From assembly GCA_964385825.1 (NCBI GenBank), contig CAYLPX010000002.1, positions 98,876 to 162,875 on the forward strand: a stretch of DNA of 64,000 bases, given 5' to 3'. The position numbers and the translations under genes are program-made. The notes under the pieces are model-generated. The model was not told where the DNA came from, did no database searches, and was given only the letters and a program-made list of their open reading frames with translations. The DNA is from an uncultured Candidatus Saccharibacteria bacterium (GTDB taxonomy: Bacteria; Patescibacteriota; Minisyncoccia; Phycocordibacterales; JAKFXT01). This document shows positions 30,543 through 38,700 of the stretch, piece by piece. Within the stretch, counting starts at the first letter, position 1; every line of letters begins with the position of its first letter.

Positions 30543-31115
30543 TTAGCCTCGGCCTAATTGCTTTAAAGCTTCACGGATTATGGCTTCAGTGTCGGTAGTA
30601 GTGGTGTCTATGTGCTTTAGCGTTTCGCGTATGTCACGTTCGTTATATCCAAGGGACATCAGGGCAAGGAGGGCATCGGACTCTTCTTTGAGTGCGCGAC
30701 CAACACCCTCTTCTATAGAGCTTACTTTTTCACGAAGTTCTAGAACTATTTTCTCGGCTGTCTTTTTGCCAATACCAGAAACTTTAGTGAGATACCCTGC
30801 GTCCCCCGTAGTAATAGCTTGGCGGAGAGTTGGGACGGCAACCGCTGAAAGCACGGCAAGTGCTGAGCGTGGACCAATACCGGAAACAGTAATAAGGAGT
30901 TCAAAGAAAGAAAGTTCTTCTTTGCTGGCAAAGCCAAAGAGGTCTAGGGCATTTTCCCGTACAGAAAGGTAGGTAAAAAGCTCTAGAGTATCAGGTTCCC
31001 CATAGAGTTTTAAAGTTTCTTCGGTTACAAAAACCTTATAACCCACCCCACCCACAAGGAGGGTGAGGGCTTTGTCCGAAGTACTTATAATGGTGCCTGA
31101 AAGGTAGCCAATCAT
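30543..31115 (-). CDS. ruvA: Holliday junction DNA helicase RuvA
   Basis: The N-terminus is MIGYLSGTI followed by GVGYKV and the HhH motifs GIGPRSALAVL and VSGIGKKTAEKI. Confidence 0.85.
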   Translation of the reverse strand: MIGYLSGTIISTSDKALTLLVGGVGYKVFVTEETLKLYGEPDTLELFTYLSVRENALDLFGFASKEELSFFELLITVSGIGPRSALAVLSAVAVPTLRQAITTGDAGYLTKVSGIGKKTAEKIVLELREKVSSIEEGVGRALKEESDALLALMSLGYNERDIRETLKHIDTTTTDTEAIIREALKQLGRG

Positions 31116-31195
31116 CCCCCCCAGTATATCGCATTTTAGAAATAGGGCTCCCTGTATTGCTTTTTATGGGGGTTTTAGGTAATATCGCTCTACCT

Positions 31196-31459
31196 ATGGC
31201 AATAACTAAATCAGCAAAGCGGGCAATCGGAGTAGCGGCACGTCGCCGTGTTTTTAACCTTCGCCGCAAGGACGACCTTCGTACAACTATTAAGGAAGTG
31301 AAGAAGCTTGTACTTGCTGGCAAGAAGGATGAGGCTACTAAGGCACTTGATAAGGCATACAAAGCGCTCGATAAGTCTGCTAAGACTAAGCTTATAAAAA
31401 GGGGAACTGCAGATCGCAAAAAGAGCCGCCTTGCAAAGCAAATCGCAAAGATAAAATAA
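31196..31459 (+). CDS. rpsT: 30S ribosomal protein S20
   Basis: The protein begins MAITKSAKRAIGVAARRRVFN and is basic and helical. The listed ORF starts at an upstream Met, so the conserved start was chosen. Confidence 0.8.
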   Translation: MAITKSAKRAIGVAARRRVFNLRRKDDLRTTIKEVKKLVLAGKKDEATKALDKAYKALDKSAKTKLIKRGTADRKKSRLAKQIAKIK

Positions 31460-31461
31460 AA

Positions 31462-31495
31462 CAAAAAACACCCGAGAGGGTGTTTTTTGTTTTAG
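31462..31495 (+). terminator. rho-independent terminator
   Basis: AAAAAACACCC-GAGA-GGGTGTTTTTT. Confidence 0.6.
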
Positions 31496-31559
31496 GGGTG
31501 CTCCACGCTTCTAATTGAACCAGCATCGTCTCCTTCGCTCCCAATAGCTTTCTTGTAAG

Positions 31560-31631
31560 TGCTCTCGGCGGGAATCGAACCCACATCACTTCCTTCGGAG
31601 GGAAGTATCCTATCCATTGAACGACGAAAGC
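31560..31631 (-). tRNA. tRNA-Arg (anticodon CCG)
   Basis: Manual fold of the reverse complement: acceptor GCTTTCG/CGAGAGC, anticodon loop CTCCGAA, T-arm GTGGGTTCGATTCCCGC. Confidence 0.8.
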
Positions 31632-31916
31632 TTGGTGGGGCAGGGGTTAGTAGGAATCTCGACTACCGTCGCGGGTACTTTTCGACTTCATTCTTCGGCT
31701 GCCTTGAATTCAGTAACGAAAAGTCTTTCGATTCCTGCACGCAAGCAAAGCAGTTTGCTTGCTCTCGGAGCCCTTTCAGGTGTCACAGATAAATTACTCG
31801 CCGTCGCTCATAATTTTCCGCGACCCCGCCTCGCAAATTTGCTTGCTAGCAAATTATAGCTCCGGCCGGACTCGTAAGTAAAAAGAGGTGCGCAGGCACC
31901 TCTTTTTACTTACGAG
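31632..31916 (-). repeat. tRNA-flanking structured repeat, copy B (between two tRNA-Arg genes)
   Basis: A 21 bp-stem hairpin CTCGTAAGTAAAAAGAGGTGC-CTGC-GCACCTCTTTTTACTTACGAG (31871-31916) abuts the tRNA 3' end. It also contains TCCGGCCGGAGCTATAATTT, AAATTTGCGAGGCGGGGTCGCGGAAAATTA, GAGCGACGGCGAGTAATTTATCTGTGACAC and AAAAGTACCCGCGACGGTAGTCGAGATTCCT. Confidence 0.6.
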
Positions 31917-31988
31917 TCCCCTCGGCAGGAATCGAACCTGCATCGCAAGATCCGCAATCTTGCGTCCTATCCATTGAACGACGAGGGG
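31917..31988 (-). tRNA. tRNA-Arg (anticodon read as GCG; could be ACG-type)
   Basis: Manual fold: acceptor CCCCTCG/CGAGGGG, D-arm GTTCAATGGATAGGAC, anticodon arm CAAGA-TTGCGGA-TCTTG, T-arm GCAGGTTCGATTCCTGC. Confidence 0.7.
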
Positions 31989-32029
31989 ATAGTAAAGGAG
32001 TTATAGCAAAAAGTTATCTATTTTGCCAC

Positions 32030-32485
32030 TCATATCCCTAGCCAGTCAGCTAGGACATGCGCTAGGGGTTCGTGGTGGGGAACCTCCTTTAGTTTATGGA
32101 TGAGAATTTCTTTTATGTCCTCCCCCTCATATTCACGTATGGGAATAACCATAAGGGTTCCTAGAAACTTTTTTGGAGCAAGGATGAGCTTATCTTCATG
32201 TTGTTGTTTGTGTATAAAAAAGGAATCTAATTCTTCGTAGTGAAAAAATTCCTCGCCGACCCCAATACCCCTTTCGTTAATAACATAAAGAACTTGCTTA
32301 GGAATGCGAACGGCAAAAAGACCAACACTAAAGGCACCGAGTCCAATAATGACGGCTAGAAGTATGTTTCCAAAGTAGAGCGCTACCCCAGAACTTATGA
32401 GCGCAAGAAGGCCGAGGCCCCAAAACCAATCAACGGTTTTGGGTCGATGAGCGTATTCATATTCACTCCAACTAATCTCATGCAT
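32030..32485 (-). CDS. hypothetical membrane protein
   Basis: Two N-terminal TM helices and a soluble C-terminal domain. Confidence 0.4.
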   Translation of the reverse strand: MHEISWSEYEYAHRPKTVDWFWGLGLLALISSGVALYFGNILLAVIIGLGAFSVGLFAVRIPKQVLYVINERGIGVGEEFFHYEELDSFFIHKQQHEDKLILAPKKFLGTLMVIPIREYEGEDIKEILIHKLKEVPHHEPLAHVLADWLGI

Positions 32486-32574
32486 AAGAGTAGTTTAGCA
32501 TGAGGGGAAAGAAAATTTATTTAGAATAAGTACAAAGCGGAGGTGGTGAGATTTTTAATAACTAAGTCTTACAG

Positions 32575-32659
32575 CGGAGGCGGTGAGATTCGAACTCACG
32601 GTACCTTGCAGCACTCCTGTTTTCAAGACAGGTGCGATAGACCACTCTGCCACGCCTCC
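32575..32659 (-). tRNA. tRNA-Ser (anticodon UGA)
   Basis: Manual fold: acceptor GGAGGCG/CGCCTCC, anticodon loop CTTGAAA, long variable arm, T-arm GTGAGTTCGAATCTCAC. Confidence 0.8.
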
Positions 32660-32762
32660 GCTCTAATACTTAGTTTCTTTTAATGAACTTGTGTACCCAC
32701 AAACTTACACTAAAAACGGATTATTCTCAACCGCTTTCTTTTTTTAACTTATCACTATAAGC

Positions 32763-33155
32763 TTGAAGCAATATATGAAGGTTTTGGGAGTAGATTACGG
32801 TACTAAAAGGGTAGGAATCGCACTTTCTGATGAGGGCGGAACTTTTGCCTTACCCAAAATGGTGATTCCCGAGAGTCCAAAGCTTGCCGAAGAAATCGAG
32901 AAGTTGGCGAGTAAAGAAGGGGTCACTACTATAGTAATAGGGGAGTCAAAGGATTATGGGGGGCGCGAGAATCCGTTACTTAAAGATATTCATATGCTAG
33001 AGCGCGTACTTACAGACAATGGTTTTACAGTGGTGCTTGAACCAGAGTACGGAAGTTCTCATGAAGCAGAACGTTTTCAAGGTAAAGGACCGCTTCATGA
33101 TGCATCGGCGGCGGCGATAATTTTACAAAGATATTTAGATAAGAAACTAAAATAA
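32763..33155 (+). CDS. ruvX: RuvX/YqgF pre-16S rRNA nuclease
   Basis: The N-terminus is VLGVDYGTKRVGIALSD, with an RNase H-like fold. Confidence 0.8.
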   Translation: MKQYMKVLGVDYGTKRVGIALSDEGGTFALPKMVIPESPKLAEEIEKLASKEGVTTIVIGESKDYGGRENPLLKDIHMLERVLTDNGFTVVLEPEYGSSHEAERFQGKGPLHDASAAAIILQRYLDKKLK

Positions 33156-33161
33156 AAAAGT

Positions 33162-33488
33162 ATGATTTCAATAGATGATTTTGCAAAAGTAGAAATAAGA
33201 ATAGGAGAGATTCTAAGTGCTGAGCCTATAGAGGGGTCAGAAAAACTACTTAAACTTAAGGTAAGTTTTGGTGAAGTAGGCGAGCGTCAGATACTCTCCG
33301 GTATTGCTAAGTATAAAAAACCAGAGGAACTTGTGGGAGTAAAGTGTCCTTTTATTGTAAACCTTGAGCCACGCGTGATGATGGGCCTTGAAAGTCAGGG
33401 CATGATTATGGCCGCTTCAACAGAGGAAGGAGCGTTTACTTTGCTACTTGCTGACACTACTATCCCCGCTGGAACAAAAGTAAAGTAA
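33162..33488 (+). CDS. tRNA-binding protein (CsaA/Trbp111/EMAP-like OB fold)
   Basis: The motifs are DFAKVEIRIGEILSAEPIEGSEKLLKLKVSFG and CPFIVNLEPRVMMG. Confidence 0.7.
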   Translation: MISIDDFAKVEIRIGEILSAEPIEGSEKLLKLKVSFGEVGERQILSGIAKYKKPEELVGVKCPFIVNLEPRVMMGLESQGMIMAASTEEGAFTLLLADTTIPAGTKVK

Positions 33489-33572
33489 CAGAGTCTAAAG
33501 TAATCCTCACTTTTTAATACAAAAAGAGGGGAGGGGGCGTTATACTGTAAACAAACGAAAGTTTTTTACACT

Positions 33573-34694
33573 ATGGCTTTTAGCTATTCCTCACACAGAC
33601 GAATGCATTCAGAAAAACCTTTTTTTCGGGTGTTCCCCCCACCAGAGTTATTACTCATGCCATCAGTTGGACTCGATATTTCAGAGCATACCGCACGTTT
33701 TGTAGAACTAGTTACCAAAAAGGGCAAAATACAAATAGGAAGGCATGGCGAACAGGTTATACCTGAGGGGACATTTTCACTCGGGGAAATTAAAGATGTT
33801 GGGACACTTCGAAGTGCACTTATTGCCTTGCGTCGAGAATACGACCTTTCTTTTGTGCGTGTTTCATTGCCAGAGGAAAAGGCCTATCTATTTCGTACTG
33901 AAGTCCCTCATTTAAGCCCAGAGGAAACAAGAGAGAACATTGCTTTTCAGCTCGAAGAGCATGTGCCGATTGGAGCGGCTGATGCGGTGTTTGATTACAG
34001 TATTGTGAACCCGCTCTTTGGGAAGATTAGTGCTTCTATGCGGGAGGTGGTGGTTTCTGTGTTCCCAAGGAATTTTATTGAAAGCTATATTTCAGTATTG
34101 GATGGAGCAGGGCTCACCCCACTATCGCTTGAAATGGAAGCTTCAGCCATGGCCCGTTCACTAGTGCCACAAAACAATCTTAAGACGTACATGATCGTTG
34201 ATTTTGGCTACAAGCGAACAGGAATCATTATTGTTAGTCGGGGGGCGGTGCATTTATCAACGACCGTGGATATTGGGGGAGAGGCGTTGACAGAGGCGAT
34301 AGAGAAAAAACTTTCGATAAGCCGCGATGAAGCAGAAAACTTAAAACGAGAAGGAGCCTTTTCGCGCAATGGGCGATATCGAGAAATGTTCCCACTTCTT
34401 ATTGAGTCTATACAAAGTCTGAAAGATCAGGTGAATAAACTCTTTATTTACTGGCACAACCATCCCGACAAAAAAGATGCTACACCACCCCCTATTGAAA
34501 AAATTATTTTAACAGGAGGGGATGCTAACCTTGAAGGGCTTTCAGATCATTTTGCGCTGGCTATGCGTGTACCAGCCGAGGTAGGGAATATTTGGAGTAA
34601 TGTACTTCACACTGAGGAAGATGTACCGAGTATTCCGTTTACTGAGTCACTATCATATGCAACAGCGGTGGGGCTCGCTATGCGCGACCTCTAA
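33573..34694 (+). CDS. pilM: type IV pilus assembly protein PilM
   Basis: An actin-like ATPase fold (VGLDISEHTARFVEL, IVDFGYKRTG), followed by pilN/pilO-like genes. The true start may be the internal Met at 33657. Confidence 0.7.
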   Translation: MAFSYSSHRRMHSEKPFFRVFPPPELLLMPSVGLDISEHTARFVELVTKKGKIQIGRHGEQVIPEGTFSLGEIKDVGTLRSALIALRREYDLSFVRVSLPEEKAYLFRTEVPHLSPEETRENIAFQLEEHVPIGAADAVFDYSIVNPLFGKISASMREVVVSVFPRNFIESYISVLDGAGLTPLSLEMEASAMARSLVPQNNLKTYMIVDFGYKRTGIIIVSRGAVHLSTTVDIGGEALTEAIEKKLSISRDEAENLKREGAFSRNGRYREMFPLLIESIQSLKDQVNKLFIYWHNHPDKKDATPPPIEKIILTGGDANLEGLSDHFALAMRVPAEVGNIWSNVLHTEEDVPSIPFTESLSYATAVGLAMRDL

Positions 34695-34706
34695 TATTTC
34701 TGATAT

Positions 34707-35234
34707 ATGTACAATTTACTACCAGATGAACAGAAAGATGCTATTAAAAGAGAGTATCATTTTCGCGTGGCCATCATAGCGTCGCGGTTCGTATTACTTG
34801 CTACTATAGTTGGCTTTGTATTTTTGATACCATCTTTTGTACTTCTTTTTACTAAGCGTTCAGAACTAACGGACCAGATAACAGCGAGTGAGCGAGTGCA
34901 GGCAGAAACAACGAAAGAGGTTTCAGTAGATAGTACCAAGCAGCTCAATGAAGAAGTTGAAATATTAAAAGGGGTTAATCTTGACGCGCACCCAGAAGAG
35001 CTTATTAAAAAAGTTTTCGACAGCAGACCCAAAAATATTCAAATAAGCAAAGCGGTCTATGGACTAGTTGGGACGAGTAGTTCTGTTTCTATAGAAGGGG
35101 TGGCTAATAGCATTGATGATCTTCTTGTATTTAAAAAGGTACTTCTCACTATTCCGCCCTTTAAGTCGGCAACTTTCCCAGTAGAGTTATTAACTAAGCG
35201 GAGTAATGTTTCATTTGTAATAACTGCTCAATAG
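34707..35234 (+). CDS. pilN: PilN-like bitopic membrane protein
   Basis: A single N-terminal TM helix and a coiled coil, in the position after pilM. Confidence 0.5.
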   Translation: MYNLLPDEQKDAIKREYHFRVAIIASRFVLLATIVGFVFLIPSFVLLFTKRSELTDQITASERVQAETTKEVSVDSTKQLNEEVEILKGVNLDAHPEELIKKVFDSRPKNIQISKAVYGLVGTSSSVSIEGVANSIDDLLVFKKVLLTIPPFKSATFPVELLTKRSNVSFVITAQ

Positions 35235-35244
35235 ATAAAGCTGT

Positions 35245-35787
35245 ATGCAACTTTTTGAACGAACAAAACGAGCTTTGATACTAAATAGTGTAATCCTATT
35301 GCTGTTTATTGGTGGTTTTTCTGGGGTGGTGTACTATTTCTTTTCTTTACATGATGAGGTTGCCGCTCTTGAAGCAAAAGTTGCGGAGGTGAAAAGTAAT
35401 GAGGAAGACATGGCAACTTTAAAGAAAAATCTGCAGGATGTTTCGGGTAGTAAGGATGCATTAGAATCACTTTTTGTAACAAGCGACAACGAAGCTGATT
35501 TTATAAAATCACTTGAAACGCTGGCTAGCTCTACTAATGTGGCACTTGATATAACCGCACTAAGGCACGAGGCGGGGCCGGCAAAATCTCGTTTTGAATA
35601 TGTAACTGTGCAGGGGAATACGGTGGGCAAACTTTCTGATGTGTATCGCTTTTTAAACTTACTCAGCCGTTTTCCCAAAGCTCTTGAAGTAAAGCAGTTG
35701 CAGCTTGAACTTATGCCAAGTGATGAGAAGAAAAAAACACATGAATGGCGAGGCAGCTTTAATGCAAAGGCACTTAAAATAAAATAG
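35245..35787 (+). CDS. pilO: PilO-like bitopic membrane protein
   Basis: A single TM helix, a coiled coil and a C-terminal domain, in the position after pilN. Confidence 0.45.
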   Translation: MQLFERTKRALILNSVILLLFIGGFSGVVYYFFSLHDEVAALEAKVAEVKSNEEDMATLKKNLQDVSGSKDALESLFVTSDNEADFIKSLETLASSTNVALDITALRHEAGPAKSRFEYVTVQGNTVGKLSDVYRFLNLLSRFPKALEVKQLQLELMPSDEKKKTHEWRGSFNAKALKIK

Positions 35788-35788
35788 T

Positions 35789-36121
35789 ATGGAGATGACA
35801 ATAGAAAAATTAAAAGCACTATTTAAAAAGGAGGGGGTTGTTAAGGAACGTAAGCCCTCCAGGAATCCATATCGAGATTGGATTATTATCTTCGTGTGTG
35901 GAGTAGTACTTTGCTTTTGTATGATGCTTGGGGCAGGGTATGTTTTTCTCGGAGTTAAGAGCGGAACACTTTTTGATGTTGCTGAACAAAGTAGTGCAAC
36001 GAAGACAAAAGATTTCAACGAAAAAAGTTTAATCCAAGTACTCAGTCTTTATAAAGCAAGAGCAGACGAGTATCAGGGAATAATGAGTTCTAAACCAGCA
36101 ATTGCCGATCCATCGCTCTAG
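35789..36121 (+). CDS. small membrane protein (possible PilP-like)
   Basis: A 110 aa protein with one TM helix, translationally coupled to the pilO-like gene. Confidence 0.3.
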   Translation: MEMTIEKLKALFKKEGVVKERKPSRNPYRDWIIIFVCGVVLCFCMMLGAGYVFLGVKSGTLFDVAEQSSATKTKDFNEKSLIQVLSLYKARADEYQGIMSSKPAIADPSL

Positions 36122-36138
36122 TGGTAGCCTAAGATCGA

Positions 36139-36210
36139 CTCCCCGTAGTTCAATGGATAGAACAGGAGACTTCTAAGCTTCTGATCGTGGTTCGATTCCA
36201 CGCGGGGGGA
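36139..36210 (+). tRNA. tRNA-Arg (anticodon UCU)
   Basis: Manual fold: acceptor CTCCCCG/CGGGGGG, D-arm GTTCAATGGATAGAAC, anticodon loop CTTCTAA, T-arm CGTGGTTCGATTCCACG. Confidence 0.8.
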
Positions 36211-36363
36211 GAGAGCAGAGCGAACGAGACCCGCGTGGAATCGAACGCGAAAGGGGTCGGGAAAACTGTAGTTTTCCCGTGGAGGAAGGCAAGGAGCGAA
36301 GCGAGTGTCGGAAAACCGTGGGTTTCCGAGGAGTGAGATAGCGAAGCGTCCACGCGGGGGGAC
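36211..36363 (+). repeat. att-like scar at the tRNA-Arg 3' end
   Basis: The tRNA 3' end CACGCGGGGGGA (36200-36211) recurs as a direct repeat at 36351-36362. An inverted copy of the T-arm/acceptor, CCCGCGTGGAATCGAAC, sits at 36229-36245. Hairpins GGGAAAACTGTAGTTTTCCC and CGGAAAACCGTGGGTTTCCG lie in between. Confidence 0.55.
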
Positions 36364-36590
36364 TTTATAGCAAAAAACAGTGCACAAGCACTGTTTTTTG
36401 CTATAAAGTCCGGCCGGAGCTATATTTTCTCAGTCGAGAAAATTGCGAGGCGGGGTCGCGGAAATTTTGTTTTGACGAAAACAAAATTATCTGTGACACA
36501 GAAACTGGCCGGCCGGAACGAGTGGCGACGAGCTTTTATCCGTGACAGAGCGTGATGAAAATATTAAACGCCCCCGAAGGGGCGTCAGTT
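36364..36590 (+). repeat. tRNA-flanking structured repeat, copy C
   Basis: A 22 bp-stem hairpin CTTTATAGCAAAAAACAGTGC-ACAA-GCACTGTTTTTTGCTATAAAG (36363-36408) is followed by TCCGGCCGGAGCTATATTTT, AAAATTGCGAGGCGGGGTCGCGGAAATTTT and ATTATCTGTGACACAG. Confidence 0.6.
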
Positions 36591-36797
36591 GAAGTATACC
36601 CACCAAAGTAGGCACCACGCGAGGCTAAGTGGAACGATTGCGATACCACTTGCCCAGCAAAAGAACACAAGACCCGTCCCCCAAAGGGAACCAATGACCC
36701 CCGCTATGAGTCCGAAGAAAATTGCGAGAACCAGGATGCCGAGGAGTGGTCCCCAGAACTCCCCCCTCTCCTTAAAATAACGCATTACTCTTGCCAT
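36585..36797 (-). CDS. foreign high-GC 70 aa two-TM micro-protein
   Basis: MARVMRYFKERGEFWGPLLGILVLAIFFGLIAGVIGSLWGTGLVFFCWASGIAIVPLSLAWCLLWWVYFN. A GGGGATGGGG RBS lies upstream, and a GC-rich terminator ACGCCCC-CGAA-GGGGCGT overlaps the stop. Confidence 0.35.
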   Translation of the reverse strand: MARVMRYFKERGEFWGPLLGILVLAIFFGLIAGVIGSLWGTGLVFFCWASGIAIVPLSLAWCLLWWVYFN

Positions 36798-36837
36798 AAC
36801 CCCATCCCCCAATTGGTTTAAGAAAGCTGACAGTGTG

Positions 36838-37158
36838 TCACTGCTCGATGGTGCGGAAGCGTGGCATACCCCTCTTGATAAAGAAGGTTTGGAACTCCCC
36901 CCTTTTGTCCACTCTTCGCCAGCCGTAGTGCGTTTCCTCGAGAATTCCTGCAGCAACCATTGCCCGGAGTCGCTTGAGGAGAGAGGGATTCCGTGCGGTT
37001 GAAACCCCGATTTCATTTGGCAAAACCCACGACCTCCTCTCACCTTTTTTTGGCCAGTCGTGTGGCCGCCAGGGTGGGCGCAGATCACCGGCTTTGTTGA
37101 TGGCTTCCACGATTTTCTTCGTGGGGGAACGGGCAGTAACGGGAGGGTTTATCCTCAT
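36838..37158 (-). CDS. foreign high-GC basic 106 aa protein (possible DNA-binding)
   Basis: An AGGAG RBS lies 6 nt before the ATG. The protein is Arg/Lys/Trp-rich (WRPHDWPKKGERRSW...LKRLRAMVAAGIL) and sits in a GC-rich island. Confidence 0.4.
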   Translation of the reverse strand: MRINPPVTARSPTKKIVEAINKAGDLRPPWRPHDWPKKGERRSWVLPNEIGVSTARNPSLLKRLRAMVAAGILEETHYGWRRVDKRGEFQTFFIKRGMPRFRTIEQ

Positions 37159-37205
37159 GATCTACTCCTCTATTTACTAGACTGTGAATCAGGATACACT
37201 CGATT

Positions 37206-37991
37206 ATGGCTAAGTCAAACCATAAACAAATTGCTATAATTACCTCTATGTCAAAAGCAACGCGTACGCTCTCATTTCTTGCGGGACTAGTACTCCTTTG
37301 CCTTCTTTTGGGGATTACGTTCGGGCGGGAAAAAATAATGGAAGGACTAGTGTCTTTAGCACTTTTGTATCTTTCGGTGCTTGTGTGGCGAACTAAGCAA
37401 AAGTTATGGCTCGCTTTTTTCATCACTATGCTTTTGGTACTTAACCCATTCTTCCCACCCCTCACACTTTCATTATTTTCAATTAAGTTACTGTACCTTG
37501 CAGTACTTCTCGGTGGCGGTAAGTTTTTCTATGAGTACTACAACGGTTATCGTAAAGGTGCACAATTTGAAAATTTCGTTTGCTCACTGTTCAAGCCAGA
37601 AAGTTGGGTAGTAGAAGATAGAACTAAGGATTGGTCACATAAGTTGAGTCGCCCTGTTGAATCAGATCAAAATCCTGATCTTATTCTACGAAATAAGAAA
37701 ACAGATAAACGGGTTGCTATAGAGTGTAAGTTTAGAACAAGAGTTTGGAGTGATGGGGGCGTGACCGGAATAGTGTGGCCAAAAGAATATGCCGACCGAT
37801 ACAAGAAATTCGCTGAGGAAAAAAAGATTCCGGTGTATATCGCTTTTGGCCTCGGAGGGAACCCGAAAAGCCCCAATGAGCTTTTCTTAGTGCCTCTTGA
37901 AAGGGTTGCTGCTTATGAAGGGAAAATAATTCCTGCTCAATATTTGCGCGAATTTAAAAAGAATCCGCAATTTGAAGTTAGTTTGGGGTAG
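37206..37991 (+). CDS. membrane-anchored PD-(D/E)xK nuclease-like protein (Mrr_cat/NERD-like C-terminal domain)
   Basis: Four N-terminal TM helices are followed by a C-terminal domain with GAQFENFV, NPDLIL and AIECKFR, which together form a D...ExK signature. Confidence 0.5.
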   Translation: MAKSNHKQIAIITSMSKATRTLSFLAGLVLLCLLLGITFGREKIMEGLVSLALLYLSVLVWRTKQKLWLAFFITMLLVLNPFFPPLTLSLFSIKLLYLAVLLGGGKFFYEYYNGYRKGAQFENFVCSLFKPESWVVEDRTKDWSHKLSRPVESDQNPDLILRNKKTDKRVAIECKFRTRVWSDGGVTGIVWPKEYADRYKKFAEEKKIPVYIAFGLGGNPKSPNELFLVPLERVAAYEGKIIPAQYLREFKKNPQFEVSLG

Positions 37992-37999
37992 TCTCGGCC

Positions 38000-38205
38000 A
38001 AGAACACTTTTCTTTTTGTGGTCACGAATATTTTACTCGCCGGCGCTTATAAAATCTCGCCTCACTTTGTGGCCACAGATAATTCATTTGCCGTCGCAAA
38101 TGAATTTCCGCGGCCCCGGCTCGCAATCGCTCGTACTCTCGCGATATAGCTACGCCCCCCACACAATCAAAAAACCTGCCGCAGGGCAGGTATTTTTGTA
38201 TTGTG
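38000..38205 (-). repeat. tRNA-flanking structured repeat, copy D (3' of tRNA-Val)
   Basis: In tRNA orientation: a CACACAATACAAAAATACCTGCC-CTGC-GGCAGGTTTTTTGATTGTGTG hairpin abuts the tRNA 3' end. It is followed by ATTGCGAGCCGGGGCCGCGGAAATTC, ATTATCTGTGGCCACA and GCGCCGGCGAGTAAAATATTCGTGAC. Confidence 0.6.
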
Positions 38206-38278
38206 TGGGCGATACAGGACTCGAACCTGTAACCTACTCAGTGTAAATGAGTTGCTCTACCAATTGAGCTAATCGCCC
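38206..38278 (-). tRNA. tRNA-Val (anticodon UAC)
   Basis: Manual fold: acceptor GGGCGAT/ATCGCCC, D-arm GCTCAATTGGTAGAGC, anticodon loop TTTACAC, T-arm ACAGGTTCGAGTCCTGT. Confidence 0.8.
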
Positions 38279-38415
38279 CTACAAAACGGAAAACCGTCTG
38301 TTATCTGGAGAGCATAGTGTATTTTAGGCATTCCGGCAAGGGAGGTTACCTTTCGTGTGGGGTTTTGTTCTAGTAGTATCTACTCTGCGGTAGATTGTTG
38401 TAGAATAGTCAGATT

Positions 38416-38700
38416 ATGAAGGATGAAGCCGGATACGAGTGGACTATAGAAGGTAGGGTGCAGTATGTGATGTTTCGAGACTTCACTGAGAGAGTTGCAC
38501 GTAAGTTAGGGCTTCTTGGGTATGTGAGAAATAATGAAAATGGGACAGTGACAGTTGTTGCAGAGGGGGAAAGAGAGAAGTTAGCAAAACTTCGCAGTTA
38601 CGTAGAGAAGGGTCCACTATTTGCCCATGTGACGGCAGTACGTGAGAGGGAAATCCCACCAAAAGGGGAATACAAAAATTTTGAAATCAGATACAACTAA
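38416..38700 (+). CDS. acyP: acylphosphatase
   Basis: GRVQYVMFRDFT and the GYVRNNENGTVTVVAEGE pattern are present. Confidence 0.8.
   Translation: MKDEAGYEWTIEGRVQYVMFRDFTERVARKLGLLGYVRNNENGTVTVVAEGEREKLAKLRSYVEKGPLFAHVTAVREREIPPKGEYKNFEIRYN

Noticed and set aside
31559-31859. Plus-strand ORFs of 77 and 80 aa over the tRNA-Arg(CCG) and repeat B region
   Set aside because: They overlap a tRNA and the non-coding structured repeat. The same repeat in other copies has no conserved frame.
36118-36387. Minus-strand ORFs (89 and 67 aa) overlapping tRNA-Arg(UCU) and the att-like scar
   Set aside because: They overlap a well-folded tRNA and a repeat region and show no coding signal.
38016-38246. 76 aa plus-strand ORF overlapping repeat D and tRNA-Val
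   Set aside because: It overlaps a tRNA gene and the non-coding repeat.
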